Part shown: piece after piece, positions 26,270-35,508 of the stretch
Layout of the letters: every line of letters starts with the position of its first letter
How positions within the stretch are numbered: position 1 is the first letter of the stretch
Source of the DNA: Anaerolineae bacterium
Lineage (GTDB): Bacteria; Chloroflexota; Anaerolineae; Aggregatilineales; Phototrophicaceae
Assembly: GCA_016788965.1 (NCBI GenBank)
Contig: JAEUQZ010000001.1
Coordinates: forward strand, 1 to 36,497
DNA length: 36,497 bases
Direction of reading: 5' to 3'
The notes under the pieces: model-generated
Databases searched by the model: none
What the model was told of the DNA's origin: nothing
What the model saw: the letters and a program-made list of their open reading frames with translations, nothing else
Program-made: the position numbers and the translations under genes

Positions 26270-27525
26270 GACGAAGATGAACGCATCTGCTGTACGAGTT
26301 TCTGAACCGCTGCCTCGACCTCTGTACTATCTCCATATTCCGACCCACCGTCCAGTTTCAGATACTGGCGGTAGTCTTCTATGGCGCGATCCAGTCTGTT
26401 TGCACCTTGAAGTAGCCTGGCGCGTTGAAAATACGCGCGGGCAAATTGAGGATCGAGTTGTATTGTACGGCTGAAATCGGTGAATGCTTCTTTGGGTTGC
26501 CCCAATTCCTTATGGGACATTCCCCGGTTGTAGTGTGCCAGCGCATATTGAGGATTCATGCGAATCGCCTGGTTGTATGACTCAATCGCGGCCGCATAAT
26601 CGCCATGTGCAAACGTGCGATTGCCAGCTTCCAGATAGCTTTCCGCGTTGATCTCCGCACGAGTCGGTTGGGGTCGGTTGGCAATTTCAGCTATCTTCCG
26701 ACCGACGGTTGCCTGGTCGCCAGCCGGAGTTGGCGTAATCTTGGCATAGACAGGGGTTTTCAGAAAACGTGAACGTAGCCGCTCCATTGCTTCTTCGAAG
26801 TATTCGTGATGAAGAGTCAATGCGTTGTATGTCGATAGGCGCTTCAGCGGGCCGACGAGATACTTCTCTGCACCTTCAAATCGGAAATCTTCGACAAGGA
26901 TCGGAACGATATTGCGCTCCAGGCTGATGGCCCGTTCGATCTCACGCCGAAACCAATCTTGCGGATCCACGAATCGCTCAACAGCACCTTGTGTGAGAAT
27001 CACGACAAAGTGTGCTCGTGCCGCAATCTGATTCAGGATAATCCGCTCAAAATCACCACTGTCGATGCTTTCCACATCCATAAAGACATTGTATCCGCTG
27101 CGTCGCAGATCCTCGAAAATTGCTCGTGCAATAAACTTACTGGTATTGCGACGGTAGCTGATAAATACGCTTAATTGCGGGACAGTCGTGGCATCGGCAG
27201 GGATGCGAGTTACGCTGGTTGAGGCGGTGATGCGGTTGCCTGATGATTTGGTGGGCAGATCAATGACCGGAGCCGACCGCAGTCTGCTAACGAAAATCCC
27301 CGCCAGGATGAATCCGACTATTCCTGATGCAGCCGACATGATCGGATCGGCTCTGAAGAGAACGAAGTAACCCAAGATGTATCCAAATACAGCCAGCCCC
27401 AGCCGCGTGAGGATAATCCGAATGATCTTCCGAGGAGTCAGCGGGCTGATTCGAAGAAAATCCCAGAGCAAGAGGATGAATAAGAAAGCCCCGATACCGA
27501 AGGGAATGAACGGGCTTATCGCCAT
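26266..27525 (-). CDS. Membrane-anchored TIR domain - TPR protein
   Basis: Three TM helices, TIR 'VFISYRR...VFMDVESI...DWFRREI...IVPI', three TPRs. ATG at 27525 with GAGG RBS. Confidence 0.9.
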   Translation of the reverse strand: MAISPFIPFGIGAFLFILLLWDFLRISPLTPRKIIRIILTRLGLAVFGYILGYFVLFRADPIMSAASGIVGFILAGIFVSRLRSAPVIDLPTKSSGNRITASTSVTRIPADATTVPQLSVFISYRRNTSKFIARAIFEDLRRSGYNVFMDVESIDSGDFERIILNQIAARAHFVVILTQGAVERFVDPQDWFRREIERAISLERNIVPILVEDFRFEGAEKYLVGPLKRLSTYNALTLHHEYFEEAMERLRSRFLKTPVYAKITPTPAGDQATVGRKIAEIANRPQPTRAEINAESYLEAGNRTFAHGDYAAAIESYNQAIRMNPQYALAHYNRGMSHKELGQPKEAFTDFSRTIQLDPQFARAYFQRARLLQGANRLDRAIEDYRQYLKLDGGSEYGDSTEVEAAVQKLVQQMRSSSS

Positions 27526-27615
27526 ACGCCGCGCCCTCGTAGCAGAAAAGTTGATACAGACTTGAGCCTCGATTATCCGGCGGGAGATTAGGACTGTCAA
27601 ACCATCCGCCCTCGC

Positions 27616-28524
27616 TCAGCCCACCGCCCGCATCCACCCGCACACGATCACCTCGCCGGACGTATCCGGCAGGGGGACGCCGTCGGTCTGCGGCAGCCCG
27701 TTGAAGCCGCGCAGATAACCGAACGTCCCGTCGATCTGCCCACGCGCCGCTTCCGAAAGTTCGGCGTCGCCGATGGCGATGGCATGGATGTGGATCGGCG
27801 ACCCGGCGTAGAGTTCACCGGCATCGCGCAGCCAGGCCGCGAAGCCCGCCGTCCGCAGCGCCGCGATCATATCGGGAATCTCCGCCCGCAGGATGTTACC
27901 GCTGGCCGGATCACGCACCGACAGATCGACCGCCCCGCCACCATCATGTGTGCCAAAGCTGGCCGAGACACCACCGGGGTTATAACTGCCCTGCATCACC
28001 CCGCGCCGGAAGTCCAGGATGCCGCCGCGCTCGCGGTAAAGCGCCTGCGCCTGATCGAGCATCGCCAGCGTGCGGAGGTTCAGCACGCCGTAGCCAATGC
28101 TCACCCGCTCATACACCTCTGGCGGCTGGAGGCAGCCTTCCGGTTCATCCGCTGCGGCGCTCGGCTGCGCCACGGGTTCCAGCGGCGTCAGCCAGACGCT
28201 TCCCGCGCGGGGATCGCCCTCGGCCAGCCAGCCCTCCAGCCCGGCATAACCCACCGGCCACCACACCAGCCCCTCGGCGCAGGTCGCGTCACCGAGGGTG
28301 CGGAAAATGTCGCGGTCAGGAATCTGCCGCAGGACGGTTGCCTGACGGCTCGGTTCTGCTCGCAGGTTATGCGTCTCGCCGGAGGTGATCTGCGCCCAGA
28401 CCTGAGCGGTCAATCCTGAAGGGGAGGTTCCCGCTTCTGGACAGGCGATCTCCTGAGCGGCAGCCCGCCCACCCCAACCGAGCGCCAGCGCCGAGGCGAT
28501 CCAGACGGCATAGAGAATCCTCAT
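27616..28524 (-). CDS. Secreted SH3 domain + zinc peptidase (M15/LAS-like) protein
   Basis: Signal peptide; SH3b-like 'NLRAEPS...WWPV...EGWLAE'; H-x6-D (HDGGGAVD) and HxH (HIH). The ATG overlaps the upstream stop. Confidence 0.75.
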   Translation of the reverse strand: MRILYAVWIASALALGWGGRAAAQEIACPEAGTSPSGLTAQVWAQITSGETHNLRAEPSRQATVLRQIPDRDIFRTLGDATCAEGLVWWPVGYAGLEGWLAEGDPRAGSVWLTPLEPVAQPSAAADEPEGCLQPPEVYERVSIGYGVLNLRTLAMLDQAQALYRERGGILDFRRGVMQGSYNPGGVSASFGTHDGGGAVDLSVRDPASGNILRAEIPDMIAALRTAGFAAWLRDAGELYAGSPIHIHAIAIGDAELSEAARGQIDGTFGYLRGFNGLPQTDGVPLPDTSGEVIVCGWMRAVG

Positions 28525-28718
28525 GTGCCCTGTTCGTCGCGCTCGTAGAACCAGCACAGCAGTTCCAGCAGCAGCGTATCCACCAGCAGATAGGCGAAGG
28601 CGATCAGCAGCGGCGGCAGGATCAGCCCGATCAGGCCGAAGGCGCGGCTGAACAGGATCGAGAACGCGCCGATGATGACGGCGTAGATCGTGAACATGCA
28701 TCCGCGATAAACTTTCAT
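28521..28718 (-). CDS. Small membrane protein
   Basis: 65 aa, two hydrophobic helices, purine-rich RBS, coupled to the downstream gene. Confidence 0.65.
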   Translation of the reverse strand: MKVYRGCMFTIYAVIIGAFSILFSRAFGLIGLILPPLLIAFAYLLVDTLLLELLCWFYERDEQGT

Positions 28719-28852
28719 AGTCCCCTTCCTGCCACTCTGATTCAATGCTGCTGAAAATACGCGCATCCGGGGGAAGAGGTTGCATCGGGGACGCGCGGCC
28801 TGCGAATATTGTACGCAAAACCGCCGCGGACGACACCCGACGGCTCACCGCC

Positions 28853-28861
28853 TGTTATAAT
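28853..28861 (+). promoter_or_regulatory. Extended -10 promoter, probably leaderless transcript
   Basis: TGtTATAAT with 8 nt between it and ATG 28870; no RBS. Confidence 0.55.
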
Positions 28862-28869
28862 CTGCCGCC

Positions 28870-30540
28870 ATGCGAAACCGACTGCTGCTCATCATCACCC
28901 TGCTCGCTCTGCTGGTTGGAGCCGTCACGCTGGCGCTCGACCTGCGCGGGCGCGGCCCGCTCTGGAACGCGCTCTGGTCGATCACCGGCGAGGAAGCCCC
29001 CATCGCCCAACTGCGCGGAGCCGTCGAGTGGCTGGGCAATCTGACCCGCCCCCAGCCGCGTCTGGCCGCCGATGTGCCCGTCGATCATGCTGACGTCACG
29101 CCTTACGGGATCAACACCTTCTTGCAGCAGGAGGTCGAAGTCGCCAAGCGCGAGCGCATCCTCCAGATGATCGCCGACGCCGGCTTCGGCATGATCCGCC
29201 AGCAGTTCCCCTGGGAAGACATCGAAATCCACGGGCGCGGTGATTTCACCGACCGCCGCAACGACCTGAACGGCGACGGCCAACCCGACACCATCTCGGC
29301 CTGGGACAAGTACGACAACATCGTCGAACTGGCCGACCGCTACGGCATCCTCATCCAGGCCCGGCTGGATAACCCGCCCGCCTGGACGCACGCCGACCCG
29401 GCCATTGGCTCCTTCGCCCCGCCGGACGACGTGCAGGATTACGTAAACTACGCCGTGGCCGTGGCCGAACGCTACCGAGGCCGCATCCACTACTACCAAA
29501 TCTGGAACGAACCCAACATCTACCCCGAATGGGGCGAGCAGGCCGTCGATCCCCAAGCTTATACCGATCTGCTCTGCCGGACTTACCGCGCCCTCAAAGC
29601 CGTCGATCCCAGCATCGTCGTCATCAGCGCCCCGCTCTCGCCGACCGTCTCGCTGGACTCGCGCAACCTCAATGACTTCATCTTCCTCCAGCGCATGTAT
29701 GACGCCGGGGCGGGCGCGTGCTTCGACGTGATGGCTGTGCAGGGTTACGGCTTCTACAGCGGCCCGACCGACCGCCGGATGCGGACGCTGACGCTCAACT
29801 TCGCCCGCCACCTCTATGTCCGCGATCTGATGGTCGCCAACGGCGACGCCGCCAAATCCATCTGGATCAGCGAGGCCGCCTGGAACGCCCAACCGGAAGA
29901 CCCCTCCGTCGTCACCAGTCAGTACGGCAGCTTCGGCATTGTGACGGAGGAAGAGGCCGCCCGCTACATGCCCCTCGGCTACCAGCGGGCGCTGGAAGAA
30001 TGGCCCTGGATCGGCAACATCGCCTACTGGTTCTTCAAGCGGGCAGCCGACTACGAGCGCAGCCAGGCATTCTACTACTTCCGCATGGTCGAGCCGGATT
30101 TCACCCCACTGCCCATCTACGACTCGATGAAGCACTACATCACCACCCAGCCGCCCGCGCTCTATCCCGGCGTGCATCAGGCCGAAGACTGGGCCGTTCG
30201 GCTGCCATCGAGTGCCGTCCGTGTCGCTGCCGAGGGCGCCGAGTTCGGCCTCGCCGTCGAGACGACCTCCCTGCGCTTCGATTACGTCGGCACAGGCTTC
30301 AGTCTGCGCCTGCGTGAACCCGGCGCTGCCGGCTGGGAGACGCGCCTCTACGCCGAGAACCCCACCGCCACCCGGATAAGCACCGAAATCCTCAACCTGC
30401 CCGCCGGGACGCGCGTCGATTCGATCACCGTCTTCGACCGCACCGCCCAGAATCGCTTTCCGTGGATGGCGGCCGTGGCCGTCGCCCTGGGCTTGACCGC
30501 CTTCGTACTGATCGACGCGCTGCGGCGGCGGACGCGATGA
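28870..30540 (+). CDS. Membrane-anchored glycoside hydrolase, clan GH-A (GH5/GH39-like)
   Basis: 'IRQQFPWEDIE', acid/base 'IWNEPN', nucleophile 'IWISE'; hydrophobic segments at both termini. Confidence 0.85.
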   Translation: MRNRLLLIITLLALLVGAVTLALDLRGRGPLWNALWSITGEEAPIAQLRGAVEWLGNLTRPQPRLAADVPVDHADVTPYGINTFLQQEVEVAKRERILQMIADAGFGMIRQQFPWEDIEIHGRGDFTDRRNDLNGDGQPDTISAWDKYDNIVELADRYGILIQARLDNPPAWTHADPAIGSFAPPDDVQDYVNYAVAVAERYRGRIHYYQIWNEPNIYPEWGEQAVDPQAYTDLLCRTYRALKAVDPSIVVISAPLSPTVSLDSRNLNDFIFLQRMYDAGAGACFDVMAVQGYGFYSGPTDRRMRTLTLNFARHLYVRDLMVANGDAAKSIWISEAAWNAQPEDPSVVTSQYGSFGIVTEEEAARYMPLGYQRALEEWPWIGNIAYWFFKRAADYERSQAFYYFRMVEPDFTPLPIYDSMKHYITTQPPALYPGVHQAEDWAVRLPSSAVRVAAEGAEFGLAVETTSLRFDYVGTGFSLRLREPGAAGWETRLYAENPTATRISTEILNLPAGTRVDSITVFDRTAQNRFPWMAAVAVALGLTAFVLIDALRRRTR

Positions 30541-32459
30541 TCCGGCGCGATCCGGTCAGCCGCGCCTCGGCGCTGGTGCTGCTGAGCGGCCTTCTGGTGC
30601 TGCTGCTGACCGCCGGGCTGCGCTTCCACCGCCTGGATGACCAGTCCTTCTGGAACGACGAAGGCAGCAGTTACGTCCAATCCCTGCGTTCCCTGCCGGA
30701 GATCGCCGCCAACGCCGCCCGCGACATCCACCCGCCCGGCTATTACGCCCTGCTGGCCGGCTGGCGGCTGCTGGCCGGGGAAACCGAGTTCGCCCTGCGG
30801 TCGCTGTCGGTCTTCGCCAGCCTGCTGACCGCCGCCTGCGTCTTCGCCATCGGACGGCGGCTCTTCAACCTGACTGCCGGCATCCTGGCGGCGCTGATCG
30901 TGGCGCTGAACAGCTTCAGCCTGTACTACGCCCAGGAAGCCCGCATGTACGCGCCGCTGGCAGCCTGGAGCGCCCTGGCGCTGTGGCTGATCCTGAACAC
31001 GACCCGCCGGAGCGCCGCCTGGATCGTCGCGCTGGGATTGGTGAACGCCGCCGGGCTGTACACCCATTACGCCTATCCGTTCGTCATGCTGGTACAGGCT
31101 ATCCTCATCCTGCTGGAGACTGTCCGCGCCGGACGCATCCGCTGGCGGACTCTGCTGGCCTTCGCGCTGGCGAGCGGGCTGGCGCTGATTCTGTTCGCGC
31201 CCTGGCTGCCGACCGCCCTGCGTCAGGTGACTCAGTGGCCCAGCACCGGCCAGCCCATCCCACCGCTGGAAGCCATCGGCATCATCGCCGAGTGGTTCAC
31301 CTTCGGCATCACCTACCCGGCCATCCCCAACGCCGTGCCCTATCTGCCGCTGGCGCTGCTGCTCCTCTCCGGCGGCTGGATCGGCTGGATCGGGCTGCGC
31401 GGGCGTGGGATGCTGCCCCGACTGGCCGCGCCGTTGATCTGGGCGCTGCTGCCTGTGACGCTCTTCCTGCTGCTGGGCTTGTTCCGCCCCGCCAACCTCA
31501 AGTTCCTGCTGCCCTCGCAGTTGGGCTTCGCGCTGTGGATCGGCGCCGGCATCGGCGGCTGGTGGGCGCTGGCGCGGCGCGGTCTGCGCGTCGAGCGCGT
31601 GACCGTCGCCTTCACCCTGCTTCAGACCGTCTGGCTGCTGGCCTATCTGCTGAACGGCCTGGCTCCGCTCTACGACGATCCCCGCTTCCGCCGCGCCGAT
31701 TACCGGGCGATGGCCGCCCTGCTGACCGCCCAGGCTGGCCCGGAGGACGCCATCATCCTGAATGCCCCCAACCAGGAAGAAGTCTTCCGCTACTACTACC
31801 GCGCCAGCACGCCCATCTATCCCCTGCCCGCTGGCTTAGGCGGTGATGATGCCGCCACGACCGCGACCGTCCGCGAGATCATCGCCCGCTCGCGGCAGAT
31901 TTATGTCCTCTACTGGGGCGAAGCCGAGCGCGATCCCAACCGAGTGGTCGAAACCACCCTCGACCGCGAGTCCTTCGAGGCCGGGCAGGATGTCTGGTAC
32001 GGCGATGTGCGCCTCGCCCGCTATGCCGCCCCGGAAACGCTGGACGAATCCCGCCCGGCCTATGCCCGCTTCGGCGCGTCCATCTGGCTGGAACGCTACG
32101 CCCTCAACCGCCGAACCTACACCCCCGGCGAGGTCATCCAGGCGCGGCTTGAATGGCGAACCGATGCGCCCCTGACCGTGCGCTACAAGGTCTTCGTCCA
32201 GCTTCTCACCCCGGATGGTATCCTGGTCGCCCAGCGCGATGCCGAGCCGGTCGGCAATCTGCTGCCGACCACCGCCTGGACGCCCGGCGAGACGGTCATC
32301 GACCCCCATGGGCTGGCCCTCCCGACCGATCTGCCCGCCGGCCGCTATGCCCTCATCCTCGGCCTGTACAACATCGACGATCCCGCCGACCGCCTGATCG
32401 TCTTCGGGCGCAGCTTCTATCCACTGGGAATCGTTACAGTCGAACTTAAAGACCCATGA
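30537..32459 (+). CDS. Glycosyltransferase family 39 (PMT/ArnT-like, GT-C)
   Basis: 'SFWNDE', 'DIHPPGYY', 'YAQEARMY', 'LYTHY', multiple TMs. ATGA overlap at 30537. Confidence 0.9.
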   Translation: MIRRDPVSRASALVLLSGLLVLLLTAGLRFHRLDDQSFWNDEGSSYVQSLRSLPEIAANAARDIHPPGYYALLAGWRLLAGETEFALRSLSVFASLLTAACVFAIGRRLFNLTAGILAALIVALNSFSLYYAQEARMYAPLAAWSALALWLILNTTRRSAAWIVALGLVNAAGLYTHYAYPFVMLVQAILILLETVRAGRIRWRTLLAFALASGLALILFAPWLPTALRQVTQWPSTGQPIPPLEAIGIIAEWFTFGITYPAIPNAVPYLPLALLLLSGGWIGWIGLRGRGMLPRLAAPLIWALLPVTLFLLLGLFRPANLKFLLPSQLGFALWIGAGIGGWWALARRGLRVERVTVAFTLLQTVWLLAYLLNGLAPLYDDPRFRRADYRAMAALLTAQAGPEDAIILNAPNQEEVFRYYYRASTPIYPLPAGLGGDDAATTATVREIIARSRQIYVLYWGEAERDPNRVVETTLDRESFEAGQDVWYGDVRLARYAAPETLDESRPAYARFGASIWLERYALNRRTYTPGEVIQARLEWRTDAPLTVRYKVFVQLLTPDGILVAQRDAEPVGNLLPTTAWTPGETVIDPHGLALPTDLPAGRYALILGLYNIDDPADRLIVFGRSFYPLGIVTVELKDP

Positions 32460-32466
32460 GCATTGA

Positions 32467-32496
32467 TTGACGCCCTTCCAGCCCCGCCCGTACAAT
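32467..32496 (+). promoter_or_regulatory. Sigma70-type promoter
   Basis: TTGACG-N18-TACAAT. Confidence 0.5.
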
Positions 32497-32543
32497 CCGC
32501 CGATATAATCCAGGCACAGTTTCCCAGGCGGAGGTACTATCCT

Positions 32544-33476
32544 ATGCGAGTCATCATCACAGGCGGCACGGGGCTGATCGGCAGGACGCTCGCCAACAGT
32601 CTGGCGAAGGATCATCACGAGGTCATCGTCCTCAGCCGCAACACCAACAAGACCAGCGGACTGGATGGCGGCGTCAAGGTCGTCGGTTGGGATGCCAGCA
32701 CTGCCCAGGGCTGGGGTGAGCTGGCCGACGGCGCTGGAGCCATCGTCAATCTGGCGGGTGAGAGCATCGCCGGCGAGGGCTTCCCACCCAAACCCTGGAC
32801 AACCGAGCGCAAGCGCCGCATCCGCGACAGCCGCATCCACGCCGGCAAAGCCGTTCTTGAAGCGATCACCGCTGCGAAGAACAAGCCCGGCGTGCTGATC
32901 CAATCCTCCGCCGTCGGCTATTACGGTATGCAGGGCGACAAAGACCTCACCGAAGAATCGCCCATCGGCGGGGATTTCCAGGCGCAGGTCTGCAAGGACT
33001 GGGAAGCCGTCACCCAGCCGGTCGAGACGATGGGCGTGCGCCGCGTGGTCATCCGCACCGGCATCGTCATGACCACCAAAGGCGGCGTGCTGCCGCTCAT
33101 GGCGCTGCCCTTCAAACTGTTTGCCGGCGGGCCGATTGGCTCCGGCAAACAACTGATTTCCTGGGTTCACCTCGACGATGAAATCGCCGCCATCCGCTTC
33201 CTGATGGAAAACACCAGCGCCAGCGGAGCCTATAACCTCAGCGCCCCCAACCCGCAAAGCAACGCCGCCCTGGGCCGCGCTATCGCCCGCGCCTTGGGGC
33301 GTCCGTACTGGCTGCCCGCCCCGGCCTTCGCCTTCAAGCTGGCTTTCGGCGAGCTGTCCACGCTGCTGCTCGACGGGCAGCGTGTCCTGCCCAAACGTCT
33401 GCTGGCGGCCGGCTTCACCTTCCAGCACCCTGAAATAGAAGCCGCCCTGCGTGATGTCTTCACCAACGGCAAATGA
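32544..33476 (+). CDS. TIGR01777 family oxidoreductase (YfcH-like epimerase)
   Basis: 'ITGGTGLIG', 'VNLAGE', 'SAVGYYG', 'SWVHLDD', 'GQRVLPKRL'. GGAGG RBS before ATG 32544. Confidence 0.94.
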   Translation: MRVIITGGTGLIGRTLANSLAKDHHEVIVLSRNTNKTSGLDGGVKVVGWDASTAQGWGELADGAGAIVNLAGESIAGEGFPPKPWTTERKRRIRDSRIHAGKAVLEAITAAKNKPGVLIQSSAVGYYGMQGDKDLTEESPIGGDFQAQVCKDWEAVTQPVETMGVRRVVIRTGIVMTTKGGVLPLMALPFKLFAGGPIGSGKQLISWVHLDDEIAAIRFLMENTSASGAYNLSAPNPQSNAALGRAIARALGRPYWLPAPAFAFKLAFGELSTLLLDGQRVLPKRLLAAGFTFQHPEIEAALRDVFTNGK

Positions 33477-33545
33477 CCCAAATCTCGTCCAGGCTTTTCA
33501 TGCTTGGCGCAGATTTGGAAGCGACGCCAATCTTCGCGTCTTAGG

Positions 33546-33569
33546 GTAGGGACGGGCTTCTGCCCGTCC
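33546..33569 (+). repeat. GTAG-type REP hairpin
   Basis: GTAG-GGACGGGC-ttct-GCCCGTCC, same family as 728-751. Confidence 0.85.
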
Positions 33570-33695
33570 GCCTGAAACATTGACCTGCCCCCATTTCGAC
33601 TGACCCCCAACCCAAAGGGGTGCTTTTCATTCTTGGGGCAAAATCAGATAGCCTGATGGTCTTTCATGAAACGAATCGGGTATCGGCCTGTCTTT

Positions 33696-33752
33696 TGTCC
33701 CTTCAGTGGACATGGTTTTTCGGCAGCCGGACACTTCAGTGTCTGGCGGCGC
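33696..33752 (+). repeat. Dispersed palindrome+hairpin repeat, copy 2
   Basis: Near-identical to 17277-17334. Confidence 0.9.
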
Positions 33753-33949
33753 AAAACGGGAGCCTGCCCCTGACTTGAATTACACCCCACCCCAAACCAG
33801 GACTGGAAAAGTCTTGCAAATCGGGTTAATCTTTAAGGCGACTTAACAATAGTGTCCCCATTTTTTAATGCTGTCCGGTCTGTGCGGTTAAAGTACAGAC
33901 GGCACAGTGCAGTGGTCTCTGGATTTTTCCATAGGAGGACTTTGAGAAC

Positions 33950-35383
33950 ATGAATCGGAAGCATACGGTTTTGTTGATTGTTCTGGTGGCGATGCTGCTG
34001 GCGATGGTTCCTGTCGCCGCCCAATCCGCTACCGAAATCAAGATGTGGATCGCCTTTACCGATAACCGCCTGGATTGGGCCAAGCAGAAGGCCGAGGTCT
34101 TCAACGCCGCCTTCCCGCAGTACAACGTGGTCGTCGAAGGCTACTCGAACTACGAAGAACTGTTCAACGCCACCAACCTGGCCGCCGAACAGAACGCCCT
34201 CCCTGCTATCGTCCAGTACTTCGAGGTCGCCTCCCAGAACGCCATCGACAGCGGCTACTTCAAGCCGATTGCCCAGGCGCTCGGCGACCGCACCGAAGTG
34301 AACGGCATCCCCGCCGCCTTCGATGACTTCATCGGCCCGGTGGCCGCCTACTACACCATCAACGGCCAGTTCAACTCGATGCCCTGGAACGCCTCCTCCT
34401 CGATCATGTTCTCCAACATGAACATCCTCAAGGCCGCCGGCGTGGATACCCCGCCCGCCACCTGGGCCGAGGTCGAGGCCGCCTGCGCGATGGTCATGGC
34501 AATGGATGGCGCGCCGGAATTCTGCTTCACCTGGCCGAACCACGGCTGGTTCTTCGAGCAGTGGCTCGCCCAGCAGGGCGCGACCTATGCCAACAATGAC
34601 AACGGCCGCGCTGAACGCGCCACCGAAGTCGCCTTCAACAATGAAGCTGCTGTTGCCCTCATGACCTGGATGAAGGACATGAAGGACAAGGGCTATCTGT
34701 ATTACAGCGGCGCCCGCAACGGTGACTCCTGGGCCACGGTCGATCAGGCCTTCCAGGGCCAGCAGGTCGCGATGGCCGTTTACAGCAGCTCCGATACCGC
34801 CATCTACACCAACACCGGCAAGGAAAACGGCTACGAAGTCGCCGCTTCCTTCATGCCCTATAACCAGGACGCGGCCGGCGGCTGGACCGGCAACCTGATC
34901 GGTGGCGCCAGCCTGTGGCTGGTCGATGGCCTCTCGACGGAAGTCGAAGACGGCGCGCTGACCTGGCTGTTCTGGATGAACAACACCGAGAACGCTGCCG
35001 AATGGCATCAGGTCACTGGCTACCTGCCCGTCCGCCTCAGCGCGGTCGAACTGCTCAACACCGACGGCTGGTACGATGCGATTGCCCCGATTGCCAGCCA
35101 GGTCTGGATGAATGACCCAGCCGTGCAGGGCAGCCAGGGCAAGGTCTGGTTCGTCGAGAATCCGAACTTCGCCGTCGCCGCTGACCAGCTCGCCAAGAGC
35201 CAGCAGACCGTCGCCACCTCCGGCGCGCTCATGGGCGACTTCCCGGCCATCCGTAACATCGTCACCCAGGCGATTGACACCATCCTGCTGACCCCGGATT
35301 CAGACCCGGCGGCAGTGCTGGCGGCAGCGTCGGCTGAAGCCAATATCAAGCTCGGCGAATACAACACCCTCAACGCGGGCTAA
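33950..35383 (+). CDS. ABC transporter substrate-binding protein (UgpB-like)
   Basis: AGGAGG RBS, signal peptide, 'SMPWNASS', 'PATWAEV', 'IGGASLW', 'WHQVTGYLP'. Confidence 0.9.
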   Translation: MNRKHTVLLIVLVAMLLAMVPVAAQSATEIKMWIAFTDNRLDWAKQKAEVFNAAFPQYNVVVEGYSNYEELFNATNLAAEQNALPAIVQYFEVASQNAIDSGYFKPIAQALGDRTEVNGIPAAFDDFIGPVAAYYTINGQFNSMPWNASSSIMFSNMNILKAAGVDTPPATWAEVEAACAMVMAMDGAPEFCFTWPNHGWFFEQWLAQQGATYANNDNGRAERATEVAFNNEAAVALMTWMKDMKDKGYLYYSGARNGDSWATVDQAFQGQQVAMAVYSSSDTAIYTNTGKENGYEVAASFMPYNQDAAGGWTGNLIGGASLWLVDGLSTEVEDGALTWLFWMNNTENAAEWHQVTGYLPVRLSAVELLNTDGWYDAIAPIASQVWMNDPAVQGSQGKVWFVENPNFAVAADQLAKSQQTVATSGALMGDFPAIRNIVTQAIDTILLTPDSDPAAVLAAASAEANIKLGEYNTLNAG

Positions 35384-35410
35384 GGCTCGCGGTCAATTGA
35401 CCCTGCAACC

Positions 35411-35445
35411 ACAAAGGGCGCGAACTGTTCGCGCCCTTTGTATTT
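35411..35445 (+). terminator. Stem-loop after the binding-protein gene (terminator or mRNA stabiliser)
   Basis: ACAAAGGGCGCGAAC-T-GTTCGCGCCCTTTGT followed by ATTT. Confidence 0.7.
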
Positions 35446-35508
35446 GGCAAGCGGCTGGGTCAGGCGCCATAATCGTCCAGGGTTCTTCGCTCTCATGGGG
35501 GATGGGTC

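Noticed and set aside
33575-33695. Possible riboswitch or sRNA upstream of the ABC operon
   Set aside because: Only weak pairing (GCCCCA/TGGGGC) and no recognisable aptamer consensus.
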